From Neophaeotheca triangularis (Eukaryota): a stretch of DNA of 64,000 nt. The notes beneath the pieces are model-generated. The model made no database searches and had not been told where the DNA came from. It saw only the letters and a list, made by a program, of their open reading frames with translations. Within the stretch, counting starts at the first letter, position 1. Each line of letters starts with the position of its first letter. The DNA lies in NCBI GenBank assembly GCA_054600435.1, contig BAAIJX010000005.1, forward strand, positions 744,001-808,000. The letters run 5' to 3'. Positions 22,041 through 35,200 of the stretch are shown piece after piece. A program made the position numbers and the translations under genes.

Positions 22041-23353
22041 ATGAGGCTGGCACCCGGCCCAGTAGCATTGCTACTCCTAGCCAGCTTCTCCCTCCTTGTC
22101 TCCGCCTGGACAAAAGAGGATCATGAAATCTTCCGGCTCAAGGACGAAGTGCAAGCCTCCGAGGGCCCAAATGCAACTTTCTACAGCTTCTTAAACATCA
22201 AACCCTCGGCCAACAACGACGACATCAACAAAGCCTACCGCAAGCTCTCGCGCACCCTGCACCCGGACAAGGCCCGCAGCAACTGGATCGCAAACTACAA
22301 CACTCCCAAGAAAACCCAGACAAAATCCGGCGCCCAACCCACCGTCCACGTGCAAAAGGACAAGAAACCCTCGCAGTCGGAAATCAACAAGTTCAACAAG
22401 GAGGCCTCTGCGCGTTTCGAGCGCCTCGCTCTCGTCACCACCATCCTCCGCGGCGGCGAGCGCGACCGCTACGACCACTTCTTGCAGAATGGCTTCCCCG
22501 CCTGGCGCGGTACAGGCTACTACTATGAACGCTTCCGTCCCGGCTTAGGAAGCGTGCTCATGGGCCTCTTCGTCGCGCTCGGAGGCGGCGCCCACTACGC
22601 CGCCCTCTACCTGAGCTGGAAGCGTCACAAGGAGTTCGTTGAGCGCTATATCCGACACGCGAGGCGCATGGCATGGGGTGACGAGGGGGGTATTGGTGCC
22701 ATCCCCGGTATTGGAAACGCTGGCAACGGCACTGCTACGCCGCCGATTCAGCAAAACGAGGGCGGTGATCAGGAGAGCGTGCAGTGGAACCGCAAGCAAA
22801 AGAGGGCAATGGAGGCGCAGAAACGGAGGGACTCGAAGAAGCCTGCTAAGAGTGCGGCGGTTGCGGAGAAGGCGAAGAACAGTGGTGTCAGCACTCCCGT
22901 CGAGGCTGAGGTGACGAGTGGACCTGTCGGAGCCAAGAAGAGAACGATTGCGGAGAACGGGAAGGTCTTGATTGTGGACAGCGTAGGCAATGTGTTCTTA
23001 GAAGAGGAGACGGAGGAGGGAGATTCCCATGAGTTCTTGCTCGACGTAAGTTGATGTCGTTTTGACAGCATGAGAGTGTCGGTGCCCCGAGCTAACGTAT
23101 TCTCTTCAAGCCCAACGAGATCCCTCCCCCGACCATTGCGGACACAGTCTTGTTCCGTGCGCCTATTTTCGTGTGGAACCGCACCGTCGGCCAGGTGCTG
23201 GGCAAGAAGACGCATGAAGCGGAGATGGAAGAGCTTCTTGGCGAGGAGACTGAGGAGCAGAATGAGGACGAAGCCACGCTGCAATCCGCCATGGCCACCA
23301 ACGCCAACGGCGAAGCCAGGAAGCGCAAGGCCAAGAACAGGGCACCGCAGTAG
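22041..23353 (+). CDS. ERJ5: ER J-domain co-chaperone, Erj5/DNAJC1-like (intron 23046-23110)
   Basis: Signal peptide, WTKEDHEIF, J domain with HPD, RYDHFLQNGFPAWRGTGYYYERFRPG, TM segment. Confidence 0.85.
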
Positions 23354-23793
23354 TAGTCCTGCACGGTTTACGGGGGGTTTATAGACAAAAGCGCTGTACT
23401 TGTAGATGGATTTGGACATGTAGCCAATGCGTTATGCAGTGCATCGAGCACGCTTCAGACCGCAAATTGTCGCATTCTTTTCGTCGCATTGCTGGAGCTA
23501 TAGCGGAGGTCTTGGAGCTGCTTGTCAAAACACTTGCTTGCGTCGTGCCAGCTCTTGATTCTCGTCCTTGCAGCAAACGACCCCTTTGTATCAAACCCAA
23601 ACGCCTGACGCCCCTTCGCTCAATACAATAGATTCGAGTCCCGTTGGACTAGGCCCCTTCGCAGCCGGGACATATCCCAATCTTCACCGAGCAAGGTGTC
23701 TCCGGTCTCTCTGCTCCGCACCTCTCACGTCCATGGCCAGTGGTCCCCATAGAAAAGTACTCCAAGAAAGCGGCCTCTCCAACCCGAGCCCCT

Positions 23794-24180
23794 CTAACCG
23801 AAGAAAATCCGCAAAAGCTCAACAATAAGCCCCCCACAGATAACGAAGAGCATGATGTCTACGCGAAACGTCAGCCAAACACGCCTTGCACTGGCCGCGA
23901 GAGTCGGCACGGCTTGACAGCGGGACTTACACAACCACACCGGACTAATAGGCGACTTCTTCTCCTTCTCCTGCTGCGCTTTGGTGATGCGCTTCTGGTC
24001 GTCGATCGGCTTGCCGCGCTTGGCTTCTTCGTTGCGCGCGTATTGGATGTTCGCTTTGCGTTGCTGGGGGGTTTGGGCCTGCGTGACGAGAAAAGGGGGG
24101 GATGGTATTAGCGGGAGTATTCGGATAGAGTGCCAGAGGTGCTTTATGGGTTGGGTCTGGGGTTTGGGAGGTCTTACCAT
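23794..24180 (-). CDS. YSY6: RAMP4/SERP1 (Ysy6-like) ER tail-anchored protein, 3 exons (24180-24178, 24078-23931, 23858-23794)
   Basis: M|AQTPQQRKANIQY..KRGK..KSPISPVWL|YIMLFVICGGLIVELLRIFFG. Confidence 0.88.
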   Translation of the reverse strand: MVRPPKPQTQPIKHLWHSIRILPLIPSPPFLVTQAQTPQQRKANIQYARNEEAKRGKPIDDQKRITKAQQEKEKKSPISPVWLCKSRCQAVPTLAASARRVWLTFRVDIMLFVICGGLIVELLRIFFG

Positions 24181-24679
24181 GGTGGGCGGATTTGCTTTGA
24201 GCTTTCGGGTCTATGGGTTGTACAGTAGTTTAGTGTCGGATTTTGGTATTGTTGTTGCTTGCTGAGGGTTCAGAGCAGGGATTGAGGGAGACGAGTCCTC
24301 TATACTGGGAAAGCTGTAGTGGTAAGCCGAGAGTAGGGATGAAGGAGGTAAGTTGTCATTAATATCTACGTAGCTACTAAAGCACATGAAAGTCGACCTC
24401 CAGGGCTGCGCTGTCTATAAAGGTGGCCTCCGCTGAAAAGCCCCGAGCGCCGACCAGTGCAGGACCTCCCCCCCTGCACATCCCGAGTGGGGGTCGGGTA
24501 CCTGGACGCCACAGACGGGAAAAGCAAGTGTGGCGCAACAAGTGAACTTTTGACGAACCTCACTTGGAGATTTTGTCCATCTCCTTCCTAAACTTTGTTT
24601 GCCAGTTGCTTGACCTTTCCTTACAACCAGGAGAGTATCAGCGACTGATCAGGACCGGATCAAACACAGACAGACAGCC

Positions 24680-27129
24680 ATGGTTGAGAACACGGCAAAT
24701 CCTCTGGTATAAAATTGAGAGCATACTACTCGCTCAGCGGCAGGTCCTGTTTCTTCAGTACGGCAGAAAACTAATATACCCCATTCAAGACCAGGGATCA
24801 ATTGTGGTTACCTGGAGCGAACATGTCGTTCGAGTTCGATGTCCAGCCTTACATTGACGAGGGAAATTTCAAGGCTGGAATCGACCGCTGCAACACCGTT
24901 CTGAGCAAGACTCCTGATGAGCCACTGTTCCTATCCAAGAAGCTGAGGCTCCTGTACGCCAGTGGCGATGATGAAGCTGGTGACAAACTTCTCAAGGAAC
25001 TGAGCGGAAAACCGGTCAAAGGAACCTTCACGTCCCACTTAGGTAGAAAGGAGCCTTATGAGAACGTCTGTCTCTACGAAGGTGCTGTTGCCGAGAAGCG
25101 CGCCAACCTTGACGCTCACCCCCGTCCATCAACCTACGGACCCGAGATTGCGAAACTGTGGGACTTGACCATCAAGCAGTATGGATCTGCGGCTGCGAAG
25201 CAACGAGCTCTCAGTGCTCGCTTCGAAAAGGCCGTACTCGAAGGTCGACTCACCGATGCACACCAGGCTTTGATCCAGCTCAAGGCTCTTCTTCCAAAAT
25301 CTCGCATGATCTACTTGGCCCACGCTGCATTTACTCAGATGATTTCACAGTCCAAGGATGATATCCACAACAAGCTGGCGTTGATGCTTGCGAGGAAGGC
25401 GGTCACCGATGGCTTCGATGGGGACAAGGATCTTGATGTCAGGGTTCCTGGTCAGATCTTTGCCATTCAAAGCTCGACCGCGGACTTGGAGAAAATCAAG
25501 CAGAGGTCTAAAATGGCAGACAGCAAGCATGCTTTCGAAGCCCTGCAGGAGATGGCTGGGAGTGACGACAATGTACCATCTGACGGCGTTGACGTTTCTC
25601 TCGACTCACTGGACATCAATGAGGATGGTAATACCCTGAAATGGCTCACCAACAAGGTTGAAGCACTCGAAGCGCTTTATAGCCAATCAGTCGGATCCGA
25701 GACTCGCCCAGATGTCATTCTTCGATTCGCAATCAAGGCTATCCAGCTCTTCCGAATTGGAACGACGATTAACACCATTCATCATCCGTTCGCTGATGCA
25801 TGCTTCCTTGCGATCTCGGCCTTGGTCCAGATCTTTCAACAGACCGACGACACAAGCGATCTTTACCGCGCAGCATTCCTCGCCGAGGTCCTACTCTCTT
25901 TCAACGAGCACGTTCACGAAGCGAGATATATCCTCATTCTCATCTACATGCGCCTCGGCCTTGGCAGCCTAGCCATGCGCTACTTCGAAAGCCTCCGCAT
26001 CAAAGAGATCCAATTCGACACGGTCGGCCACACGCTCTTCACCAATATCGCAGTGACCCATCCCCACCGCTGCCAGATCGGCAAGAAGAAGGTCCTTGAC
26101 CCCATCAAGGTCACCGAGCAAGCCACCAACATGTACATCCGCCACGAACACAGAATCGCAGACAACGTCGCCGGCGTCATCCAGCATGGACAGACGGGGA
26201 TGCTGTTTGACCTGCAAGAGTTAAGATACAAGCTCAACAACTCCTACACCCACCGCCTCTTCCTGCTCGAGCGCAGGCGTCTAGCACGTCTCACCAACGT
26301 CCGTATCGGCACCGACACCGTGCAAGAGTTCCCACGAGTCACGAACCACTGGCTCGAGACCAACGACACACGCGATTTCAAAGGCGCCTTCAACTACGGC
26401 TTCGGCGTCGAGAAGGCCCTGCACGGCGACAGCGAAGCCACCCTCTACGAAGCCATCCTATTCCGCCTCATCGTGGACCAAAGCTGGAGCTGCATCGACA
26501 AAACCGGCATGGTAGAAGACACAGGCCTGCTACAAGACAAATTCGAACTCCACAGCAACAGCCCCTCCCCCGAGCAAAAGACAACCCTAACCTACCAAAT
26601 CACCGATCTCGCCTACCAGATCCTCTGCCTGGTCGAAGCAAACTCGGACAAAGCTCTCACCGAGCACATTGCCGCTTTCGCTTCCCGGCTCGATAGTCTC
26701 GTCCGGCACGCCGAGTCCCTCATTTCTCGCACCGCGTCCGCCGAAACCGCGGCATTTCTCGCACAACAGGGCCATCTTCTCCGCTCGCATTTCAGATTGC
26801 TGGAGGCTTTCAAGCTGGTTTGCGCGACACGTGGGCGGTTTTATAAACGCAAGGATGAGGATGAGAAAGTTTTGGAGGCGTTGGCGCAGGGGGCGGAGCG
26901 TGCGAGGGAGGCTTTTGGGAAGGTGTTGAAGAGTGCTGGGGCTGTGGTGGGCAGGGTCGATGGGTTGGGTGAGGGGGTTATGGGGCTTGTTCTGGGCGCC
27001 GGAGGAGAGGACGACGGGGTAGGAAAGGCTTTGGGCGCGCTGGGCGAGGCAAAGGTGGCGAAGTTTGTCAAGGATGTGTTGGCGGCGGCTAAGGAGGGGT
27101 GGGAGGGGGTAGGGTTGGTGAAGGTTTAG
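24680..27129 (+). CDS. MDM20: NatB N-acetyltransferase auxiliary subunit (possible short first exon 24680-24706; alternative start 24823)
   Basis: TPR-like N-terminus; ARYILILIYMRLGLGSLAMRYFESLRIKEIQFDTVGHTLF is typical of NAA25/Mdm20. Confidence 0.8.
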
Positions 27130-27692
27130 GTTCAGATTGGGGCTGAGATGGTGTAGATAGCGTGGGAATGAAGCCTCCGGGCGAAAGTGAGAGTCGTCAT
27201 GATGTGCGCGCCGTTTTACCCTCATGCTGTTTCATGAATAGTCATCCCGAAAGTGCTCACCTCATGGGCAGCAAAATGGGATGCGACGGTGAAGTATCGC
27301 ATCCTGGAGCAAAACAGACGATACCGCTTTCGGTTAGGACGGAGGCAGCCGCTTCTGAAATGAAATATCGGCTTTTCCATCTGCCGACGACACACGAGTA
27401 CATGGAGGCACAAGCATCTCGGCGGCCGTGGGCGGCAGTGAGGAAGTGGTCCTGGCGATGCATCATCATATCACGATTTGGGGTCTGGGGAACTCCCCCA
27501 GATGCTGATGGAACTTCATCATACCAACTCCTTGTCTAGTTCTTCATTCATCCCGGTAGGTGTTGCCATTTTCCTTCTCCGCTACCTATCTTTCCACATC
27601 TTCCGCTGGATTGAGCATCGGAACTGTGGGCATTGAAGACGTCAGAATCCCCATACGTTCAACCTTTGCTGTGACAACGACCGAACACAAAG

Positions 27693-29076
27693 ATGGCGCC
27701 CAAAGATGTTAAAGGCCTCGAGATCAGCATCATAGGTTCAGGTAGGATCAATCCTCGACAATGGTACTGAACAGCATTAACAACCTCAAGGCATGGGTGG
27801 CTTGACCACAGCCCTGGCCCTAGCCCAACAAGGCTTCACCCAAATCAACATCTACGAGTCGGCCTCAAACCTAGGCTTCGTGGGCGCCGGCATTCAGCTC
27901 GCCCCCAACATGGCGCGCATTCTAGACCGCCTAGGCGTATGGGCCCCCATCGAAGCCGAAGCCGTCGACCTCAAAGACACCAGCATCCGACAGGGCGCTA
28001 CAGACGAGGAACTCGGCCACGTCGACCTCCGCTACGTGCGTGAGACCTACCAATACCCACACATGGTCGGCCACCGCTCCTCACTCGCTGGCGCCATCTA
28101 CGAAGGCTGCAAAATGGAAAAAGCCATCAACTTCTTCTGGGCGACCTCGGCCGGTGACATCCAGACCTGGGGGCCTCGTCCAACCTTCACAGCTATCCCA
28201 CGGAAAGGAGAACCCTACACCGTAACCTCGGACATCCTGCTTGCCTGCGACGGCGTCAAATCCACCATCCGCGACCAGCTCCTCAGCGACCTCGACGTCC
28301 CGGCCAAAATCGTCGACACCGAGCAAGCCGCCTACCGCATCATGCTACGGCGGGAGGACATGGCCCACGACCCCGAATTGCTGGCCTTAGTCGACAGCCC
28401 GAGCGTGACCCGCTGGATCGGCGAAAAACGCCACATCATCGCCTACCCGGTCTCCAACAACCAAGTCTACAACATCAGCACCGTCCAGCCCGACACCAAT
28501 TTCGCCGCCGCCCCGTCGGCAACTTACACCACCAAAGGCAGCAAAAAGGACATGTTGCAAGTTTTCGACGATTTCTGCCCCAAAGTGCTCCGCATGCTAG
28601 ATCTCGTGAAGGACGGAGAAGTCTGCGAGTGGAAACTGCGAGTCCACGAACCCCTACCGACATGGGTGCACGAGCAGACGGCGTTGGTTGGTGACGCATG
28701 CCACCCGACACTACCGCATTTGGCGCAAGGTGCCGCGCAAGCGATAGAAGACGGGGCGGTGTTGGGGACGGTCTTGGGCCGCTTGCCGGACTCGAGTCCA
28801 GCGGCCATCACCAAGGCGCTGAAAGTTTACGAGAGCGTGCGCAAGGAGCGGGCGTATAGGCTCGTGGCGCTTGCGGCTGAGAGCGGGAGGTCAATGCATT
28901 TGGGCGAGGGCAAGGCGAAGGAGGAGCGTGATCGGGCTTTTAGGGAGATGAAGGAGGGTAAAAGTGGGGCAGTGCCGGATAAGTGGGCGGATGCGGATGT
29001 GCAGAAGAAAATATACGGCGAGGATGTAGTTGAGGTTGCTGGAGAGAGGTTTGAAGAGTTGTTTCAAGCGGCGTGA
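27693..29076 (+). CDS. FAD-dependent monooxygenase, salicylate hydroxylase-like (intron 27742-27790)
   Basis: IIGSG|MGG Rossmann motif, GAGIQLAPN, ACDGVKS, LVGDACHPTLPHLAQGAAQAIEDG. Confidence 0.93.
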
Positions 29077-29677
29077 GGGGATTATCGCAGAGGGCTTGGT
29101 TGGTGTCATGATATGGTAGAGGTATATGACGAGCTTCAAAGCTCTAGAAATTATTCGCGTTTATTTACTCGCTCGCGAAGATGTATCCGACCTAGTAATC
29201 TGCCCTTTCGAGAACTAACAAAGGGCAGATCTGAAATAGGCCGGTTCCGCCACTTTCTTATTAAGCATGACTCAAAAGCCCACTACCCATCATCTCTCCC
29301 GCAAAGGAGAGAGAGAGGGTAGAAAAAGCTGATCATCGTGCTGTAAGGGAAGGGGCGTTTGGTCTTGCGCATGTAAGTGACCCGGTTTACTTGCCATGGA
29401 GCTGGGCAGTGGGTGTGTTTGTGTTCTGTTCTTCTGCGCTTGTGATGGTGACGGGGGAGAGACGGGATGGGCGGTGGGGAAGGGGATCAAAGTGCAGGTC
29501 ACGGAGTTAATCGGCGAATAAAAAGGAAAGAGAAAAGTTGAAAGTCCCGCACTGGGTATGTTGAAAGCTTTGTTAACAGTATCGGTAAACGAGTGGCGGC
29601 GAGCGTACACAAGAGTAGCGGGCGAGCTCACTAATCGGTCAATCATCCTCAATCAGAAAGAAAGAGTCCGAGACCAA

Positions 29678-31359
29678 TCAGTGTCTAGCGCCATTGACAC
29701 CAGCACCATTGACCTGCTGAGAAGGAGGCGCATTCGCAGACATCTTCCTCTCGCCGTTAGGCATGAGGGCAGGCTCCTGCGGTGGAGGCGGTGGCGGCGG
29801 ACCGTAAGTCCTAGGCCTAACCTCAATGCTCTCCTCCTCCGTGTCGTCGTCATACTCACCCTCCTCATCTTCGTCGTACTCATCATCCTCGTACTCGCTC
29901 TCAGTCTCGCCCTCCAAGCCTTCGTCGAAATCTTCAGCACCAGCGCCAGCGACTGCTTGACCGCCGTAGCCTCCGGTTTGCATGGCTCTGCAGAGTTTTT
30001 TGAGTTTTTCGTTTTCGCGCGTCAGACGGTCAATGGCTTGCTGGGAATGGGAACGCTCTTCGGCCATCTGGAAAATGTTTTTGTTGGTTGCTTCTTGCTT
30101 GCGGGTGAGGTTGAGGTTTTCTTTTTCGAGTCTTTTCGTCTTCTTGGACATCTCCTCCATCTCTTTGCGGAAAGTGAGGAAGAGATCGTTGCTGTTGTTC
30201 AAGGTGTCTTCGACCTGCTAAAGGGTCAGTCAGTCACTCTTCAAGATACCTAACCCTCTTTGGGCTTTGGTTCTTCTCGGCCGCTGGACGCCTGTTGAAT
30301 GGACGCCCGGGCAAGCATGCCGCGAATATGGTTGAAAGCAGCTTGTGCCGAAAGTGCAGTCGCGAATGCCTCTTGGGAGTCTTCGTTGGCGGCACATACC
30401 TGCTTGAACTTCTCCACATAGACGTTCAACTGGCCCCTGAGCTCGTTCTCCGTCTGGCTGAAGGTGGAGACCTGGCGGGTTAGTTGGTGGGATTTGGACA
30501 GCTCCGATTCTTGAGCGCGCTTGAGCTTTTCGTAGCGGTCGATGTGGTGGGCGATCTCGAGGTCCTTGATGCGGGTCCACGAGATGAACCAAATCTCACG
30601 CATCTCCCACTGTTCGCAGAACGATTTGAACTTGTGGCGGAAGATTTCGTCGAGCTTCATGGTATAGACCTTGTTCTCCGGCGCGCGTGGATCCAACGTG
30701 ACCTTCTCGACGTCCTCCACCATGCCCTCGAGTTTGCGGTGAAGTTCGTCGTTGCGCTCGGAAGAGCTTTCTTTGATGTCGCGCAAGTCCTCCTTGAGCT
30801 TCTTGTTGTCGCGAGTGAGCTCACGGCTCAGCTTCTCCAACTTCTCCTTGAGTCCACGCTCGCGAGTCCTCTCACGCCCAACTTCCTCCTTTTCCTTCTG
30901 CAGCTGATCGCCACGCTTCTTAGCCTTGACGTGCTCGCGTTCCACCCTCTTCATCTCAGCCAAGAGCTCGCTATACTTGCGCTGGATGACATCCACCTTG
31001 CTGTTGTGGGGCTCGAGACTTCCGAGCAGCTGGCTGAGGTCTCTGTTCGCCTTCTTGACCTCGGCCTCGATTTCGGCAGCCTCGTGCGCGGTCTCGGTAC
31101 TGGACTGCTCAAGCTGGCTAATCTTGGAGAGTAGAGCCTTGTGCGCATCGTTGGGATCGCTGCTGTTGTTGGCGCCTTTTTTGCCCTTGCCTCCGCGCTT
31201 GGCTGGAGCCGGGGCAGGAGCGTTGGATGGCGGTGGAGGGGGTGCAGCTAGAGAGCTTTCGGAGGCGGAGTGAGAGGACGCATCACGGCTGTAGCTAGGC
31301 TCGGCAGGAGAGTGGCGCGCATTGCCTTGCGGCAGAGGCTGCTGGCTGTTGCTCGCCAT
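29678..31359 (-). CDS. Taxilin-family coiled-coil protein (intron 30399-30215)
   Basis: KEKLEKLSREL, ENELRGQLNVYVEKFKQ|VEDTLNNSNDLFLTFRKEMEEMSKKTKRLEKEN, KLKKLCRAMQ. Confidence 0.9.
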
Positions 31360-31455
31360 GGGTGGTGGATGTTGTTTTGTACAGTTGCGGAAGTTGGTGA
31401 AGGTGCAGTCAAATGCGCAAGTCTTCAGTGAATAAGCGTGCGTTCAAGTGAGGTC

Positions 31456-31487
31456 TTCACTTGTTCACTTGTTCACTTGTTCACTTG
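31456..31487. repeat. (TTCACTTG)4 tandem repeat
   Basis: Seen directly, in the taxilin upstream/5' UTR region. Confidence 0.85.
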
Positions 31488-31982
31488 AGGGCCTTCTGTC
31501 CCGAAGTAATGGACAGCAGGCTTTGCAAGGCACTATGCCTTGGCATAGGTGGTGAAGTGAAGCAAGCGCGTCGATGAAATAAATCGCCGTGGGAGTGCGC
31601 AATTCGAGCGGCGAGGCAACGGCGTGAGGTGATGCAACGATCAGAGGTAGAGTCGGTGGTGAAGGCAGTGAAGAGGAGGGGAAGGTCGGTCCGCCGAGAC
31701 TTTCTGTTTCAAGAGCAGCGTTTCCGGGGCCGGCTCGCGTGCAGTCGGCGCCGGTATGAATGGGGTGGGTAGTAGCGGTGCAAGCCTCGGTGGAAGTAAT
31801 GGCTATGAATGGCGCGACGGAGTGATGGGAGTGTGGATAGATGTTCGGGTAGACGAAGTGCTTGGATAAGTAAGGTAGCGGAGGTGGTGCCGCCAGCAGG
31901 TGCAAGCAGCAGCAGTAAGGTAGTAGTAGTAGAAGTAAGTGGTAGTGAAGGTGTGAGGTATCGATGTGACTGGCTGAAGGTG

Positions 31983-32007
31983 TCTCTCTCTCTCTCTCTC
32001 TCTCTCT
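31983..32007. repeat. (TC)n microsatellite
   Basis: Uninterrupted TC run in the divergent taxilin/CYM1 intergenic region. Confidence 0.9.
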
Positions 32008-32227
32008 GCACGTCGAAGCGAGACTCCCGATCTGCTGGTCCGTGCCCGGGCCGACTCTCGCCCAATGACGCCGATTCGATTCCATCTCGAAAAGTACCTA
32101 CCTAGGTACCTAAGGCAGGTAGACGAGACAACCTTAAGACAAGACTACTACTTTTACAACATCCCTTCCCAATCCGGTCATTCGGCATACTCAGCGTTGG
32201 TGTTTTGAGCCAAGACTGATTGCCATC

Positions 32228-35200
32228 ATGTTACGATCATTACGCACATCGCGTGCACCGGCGCCATATTCGCGCCTCCATCGATACTCCCTCCGCAGGA
32301 CGTACGCCTCCGTGACTGATCTCCTCACCCTGCCCAAACCAGGTGCAGAGCTGCACGGCTTCAAGCTCGAGCGTGTCAAGAATGTCCCAGAGCTCGAGCT
32401 CTCTGCCCTCCATTTTAAACACACCTCCACCGGCGCCGATTACCTCCATATCGCTCGCGATGACAGCAACAACGCCTTCAGCATCGGCTTCAAGACTAAT
32501 CCTCCAGACGCTACTGGAGTGCCGCATATCCTCGAACATGTCACGCTTTGCGGTTCTGAAAAGTACCCAGTCCGAGATCCCTTCATGAAAATGCTACCGC
32601 GGAGTTTGCAGAACTTCATGAACGCCTTTACTAGCAGTGACTACACCATGTATCCGTTTGCCACGACCAACAAGCAGGATTACAAGAACTTGTTGGGCGT
32701 TTATCTGGATGCGACACTACACCCCTTCTTAAAGAGGAGCGATTTTGTTCAAGAGGGATGGAGGCTTGGGCCCGAGAACCCCCTAGCGCCCAAGACCGAG
32801 GGAGAGGGCGAGGCCGATGACATTGTCTTCAAGGGTGTTGTGTACAACGAGATGAAGGGCATGATGAGTGATACCAGCTATCTGTATTATATACGGTTCA
32901 TGGAGCACTTGATCCCATCTCTCAACAATTCAGGAGGCGATCCCCGTAAAATGACCGACTTGACATGGGAGCAACTGAGAGGCTTCCACAAGGCGCACTA
33001 CCACCCGAGTAATAGCAAGATCATTACATACGGAGACAGCCCAGTCGAGGAGCATTTGCAGTATCTTGGCCAGCAGCTCAGTCGATTCGATAAAGTCGAT
33101 GTAGATCAAGACATCAAGGCACCCATCGGTTTGGAAGGTGGCAAGAACATCGTGGTTAAGGGACCGATCGATCCGTTGACCCCAGTTGATGCGCAATACA
33201 AGACTTCGACCACCTGGCTCATGGGCGAGCCATCAGACATTAAAGAGTCTTTTGCCCTGCGCATCGCGACCAGCATTTTGATGGATGGTTATGGATCTCC
33301 GCTTTACCGAGCATTGATTGAGTCAAGTCTCGGTTCAGACTACTCGCCCAACACTGGCTACGACACCAGTGGCGCCAAGGGCATCTTCTCGGTCGGTTTG
33401 AACGGCGTTACCAAAGACAATGTGCCGAAAGTCAAGGAAGCTGTGCTGACTGCAATGCGGGACGTGATTGATCGTGGGCTGGACAAGCACAAAGTTGATG
33501 GCCTGCTTCATCAGTTGGAACTGGGCTTGAAGCACAAGACTGCAAGCTTTGGTCTGGACATGATGACAAGGCTCAAGCCTGGTTGGTTCAACGGTATCGA
33601 TCCCTTCGACTCCTTGTCGTGGAACAGCATTGTTGAACACTTCAAGACCGAGTATGCAAAACCACGCTATCTCGAAGGTCTCCTTGAGAAATACCTGCTT
33701 AACGACAACGCTCTGACTTTCACAATGGAACCATCACCAGCATATGCCTCCGATGCGGCAGCCGAAGAAGCCGAGAGGCTGCAGGGCAAGATTCTAGAGA
33801 CGGTCAAGCAGTTTCCGAGCGAAGAAGATGCGCACAAGCATTTGCGTGAGCGCGAGCTTGAGCTTCTCGAGGAGCAAGAGGCAGGTCGTACTGAAGATCT
33901 GGATGTTTTGCCCACGTTACGTGTCAATGACATTGACCGCCAAACAAAGCACACTGAGGTCAGAGACAGTACCATTGACAAGGGCGTCAAGGTCCAGTGG
34001 CGCGAAACGCCCACCAATGGCCTGACATATTTCCGTGCTCTGAGCTTGTTCCCGAACCTGCCTGACGAGCTTCGCATGCTTGTGCCTCTGTTCTGTGACA
34101 GCTTGCAGCGCATCGGCACCAAAACCAAGACGATGGAGGAGCTCGAGGACCTCATCAAGTTGAAGACTGGTGGCATCAGCTTTGGCTACCACGCCACTAC
34201 ATCATCGTTTGACATTCAAAAGGCTGAGGAGGGTCTCAGTCTCAGTGGCTATGCGCTGGACAGGAATGTGCCGGCTATGTATGAGCTACTTCAGACACTT
34301 CTCCTCGAAACCGACTTCGACTCACCACACGCATATCGTATGATAAGGCAACTGCTGCAGACGAGTGCCAGCGGCGCCGTAGATGGCATTGCTGAAGCCG
34401 GGCATGCGTATGCCAGGCGTTACGCTGAAGCTGGTCTAACACCCAATGGGAAACTGCTCGAGCAAACGGCCGGTATTACCCAAGTCAAGCTCATCACAAG
34501 CCTTGCCTCTGCGGAAGAAGACCCAACAGCAATGGCTAATCTGGTCAGCAAGCTCAAGACAATCCAAGCACTGGCAGTCGACAACATGAAAGCGGGCAAC
34601 ATGCGTGCAGCCCTCACCTGCGGCTCAGAAGAAGCCAACCCCAACGAACGTGCCCTGCAGTCTTTCCTCCAAACTGCCTCGACCACAAACCTGACCGCTC
34701 CAAACGCTTCCCAATCTACGACGTCCGAAACCCCAACCTTCCCTTCCGCCCCCTCCAAAACTTTCTTCAACCTCCCCTACCAAGTCTCTTACGTCGGCCT
34801 CTCCCTCCCGACAACCCCCTACACCTCGCAAGCCTCGGCACCCCTTGCCATCCTTTCCCAACTACTAACCCACAAACACCTCCACCACGAAATCCGCGAA
34901 AAAGGCGGTGCCTACGGCGGCGGCGCCTATTCGCGCGATCTCGGCGGCGTCTTCGGCATGTACAGCTACCGCGACCCGAACCCGCTCAACACCATCACGA
35001 CCATGCAGGACGCGGGCCGTTTCGCCGCCGAGAGGCAGTGGACGGATCGTGAGCTCGAGGAGGCCAAGCTGAGCTTGTTCCAAGGCGTTGATGCGCCTGT
35101 CAGCGTGGCGCAGGAGGGCATGGTCAGGTTCTTGAATGGTATCGATGGGGATATGGAGCAGAGGAGGCGCGAGTGGTTGCTGGACGTTGGGCAGAAGGGG

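Noticed and set aside
30484..31134. Long antisense ORFs (this one, also 26587-27225, 47609-48379, 29558-30253)
   Set aside because: Shadow frames of well-supported genes caused by codon bias.
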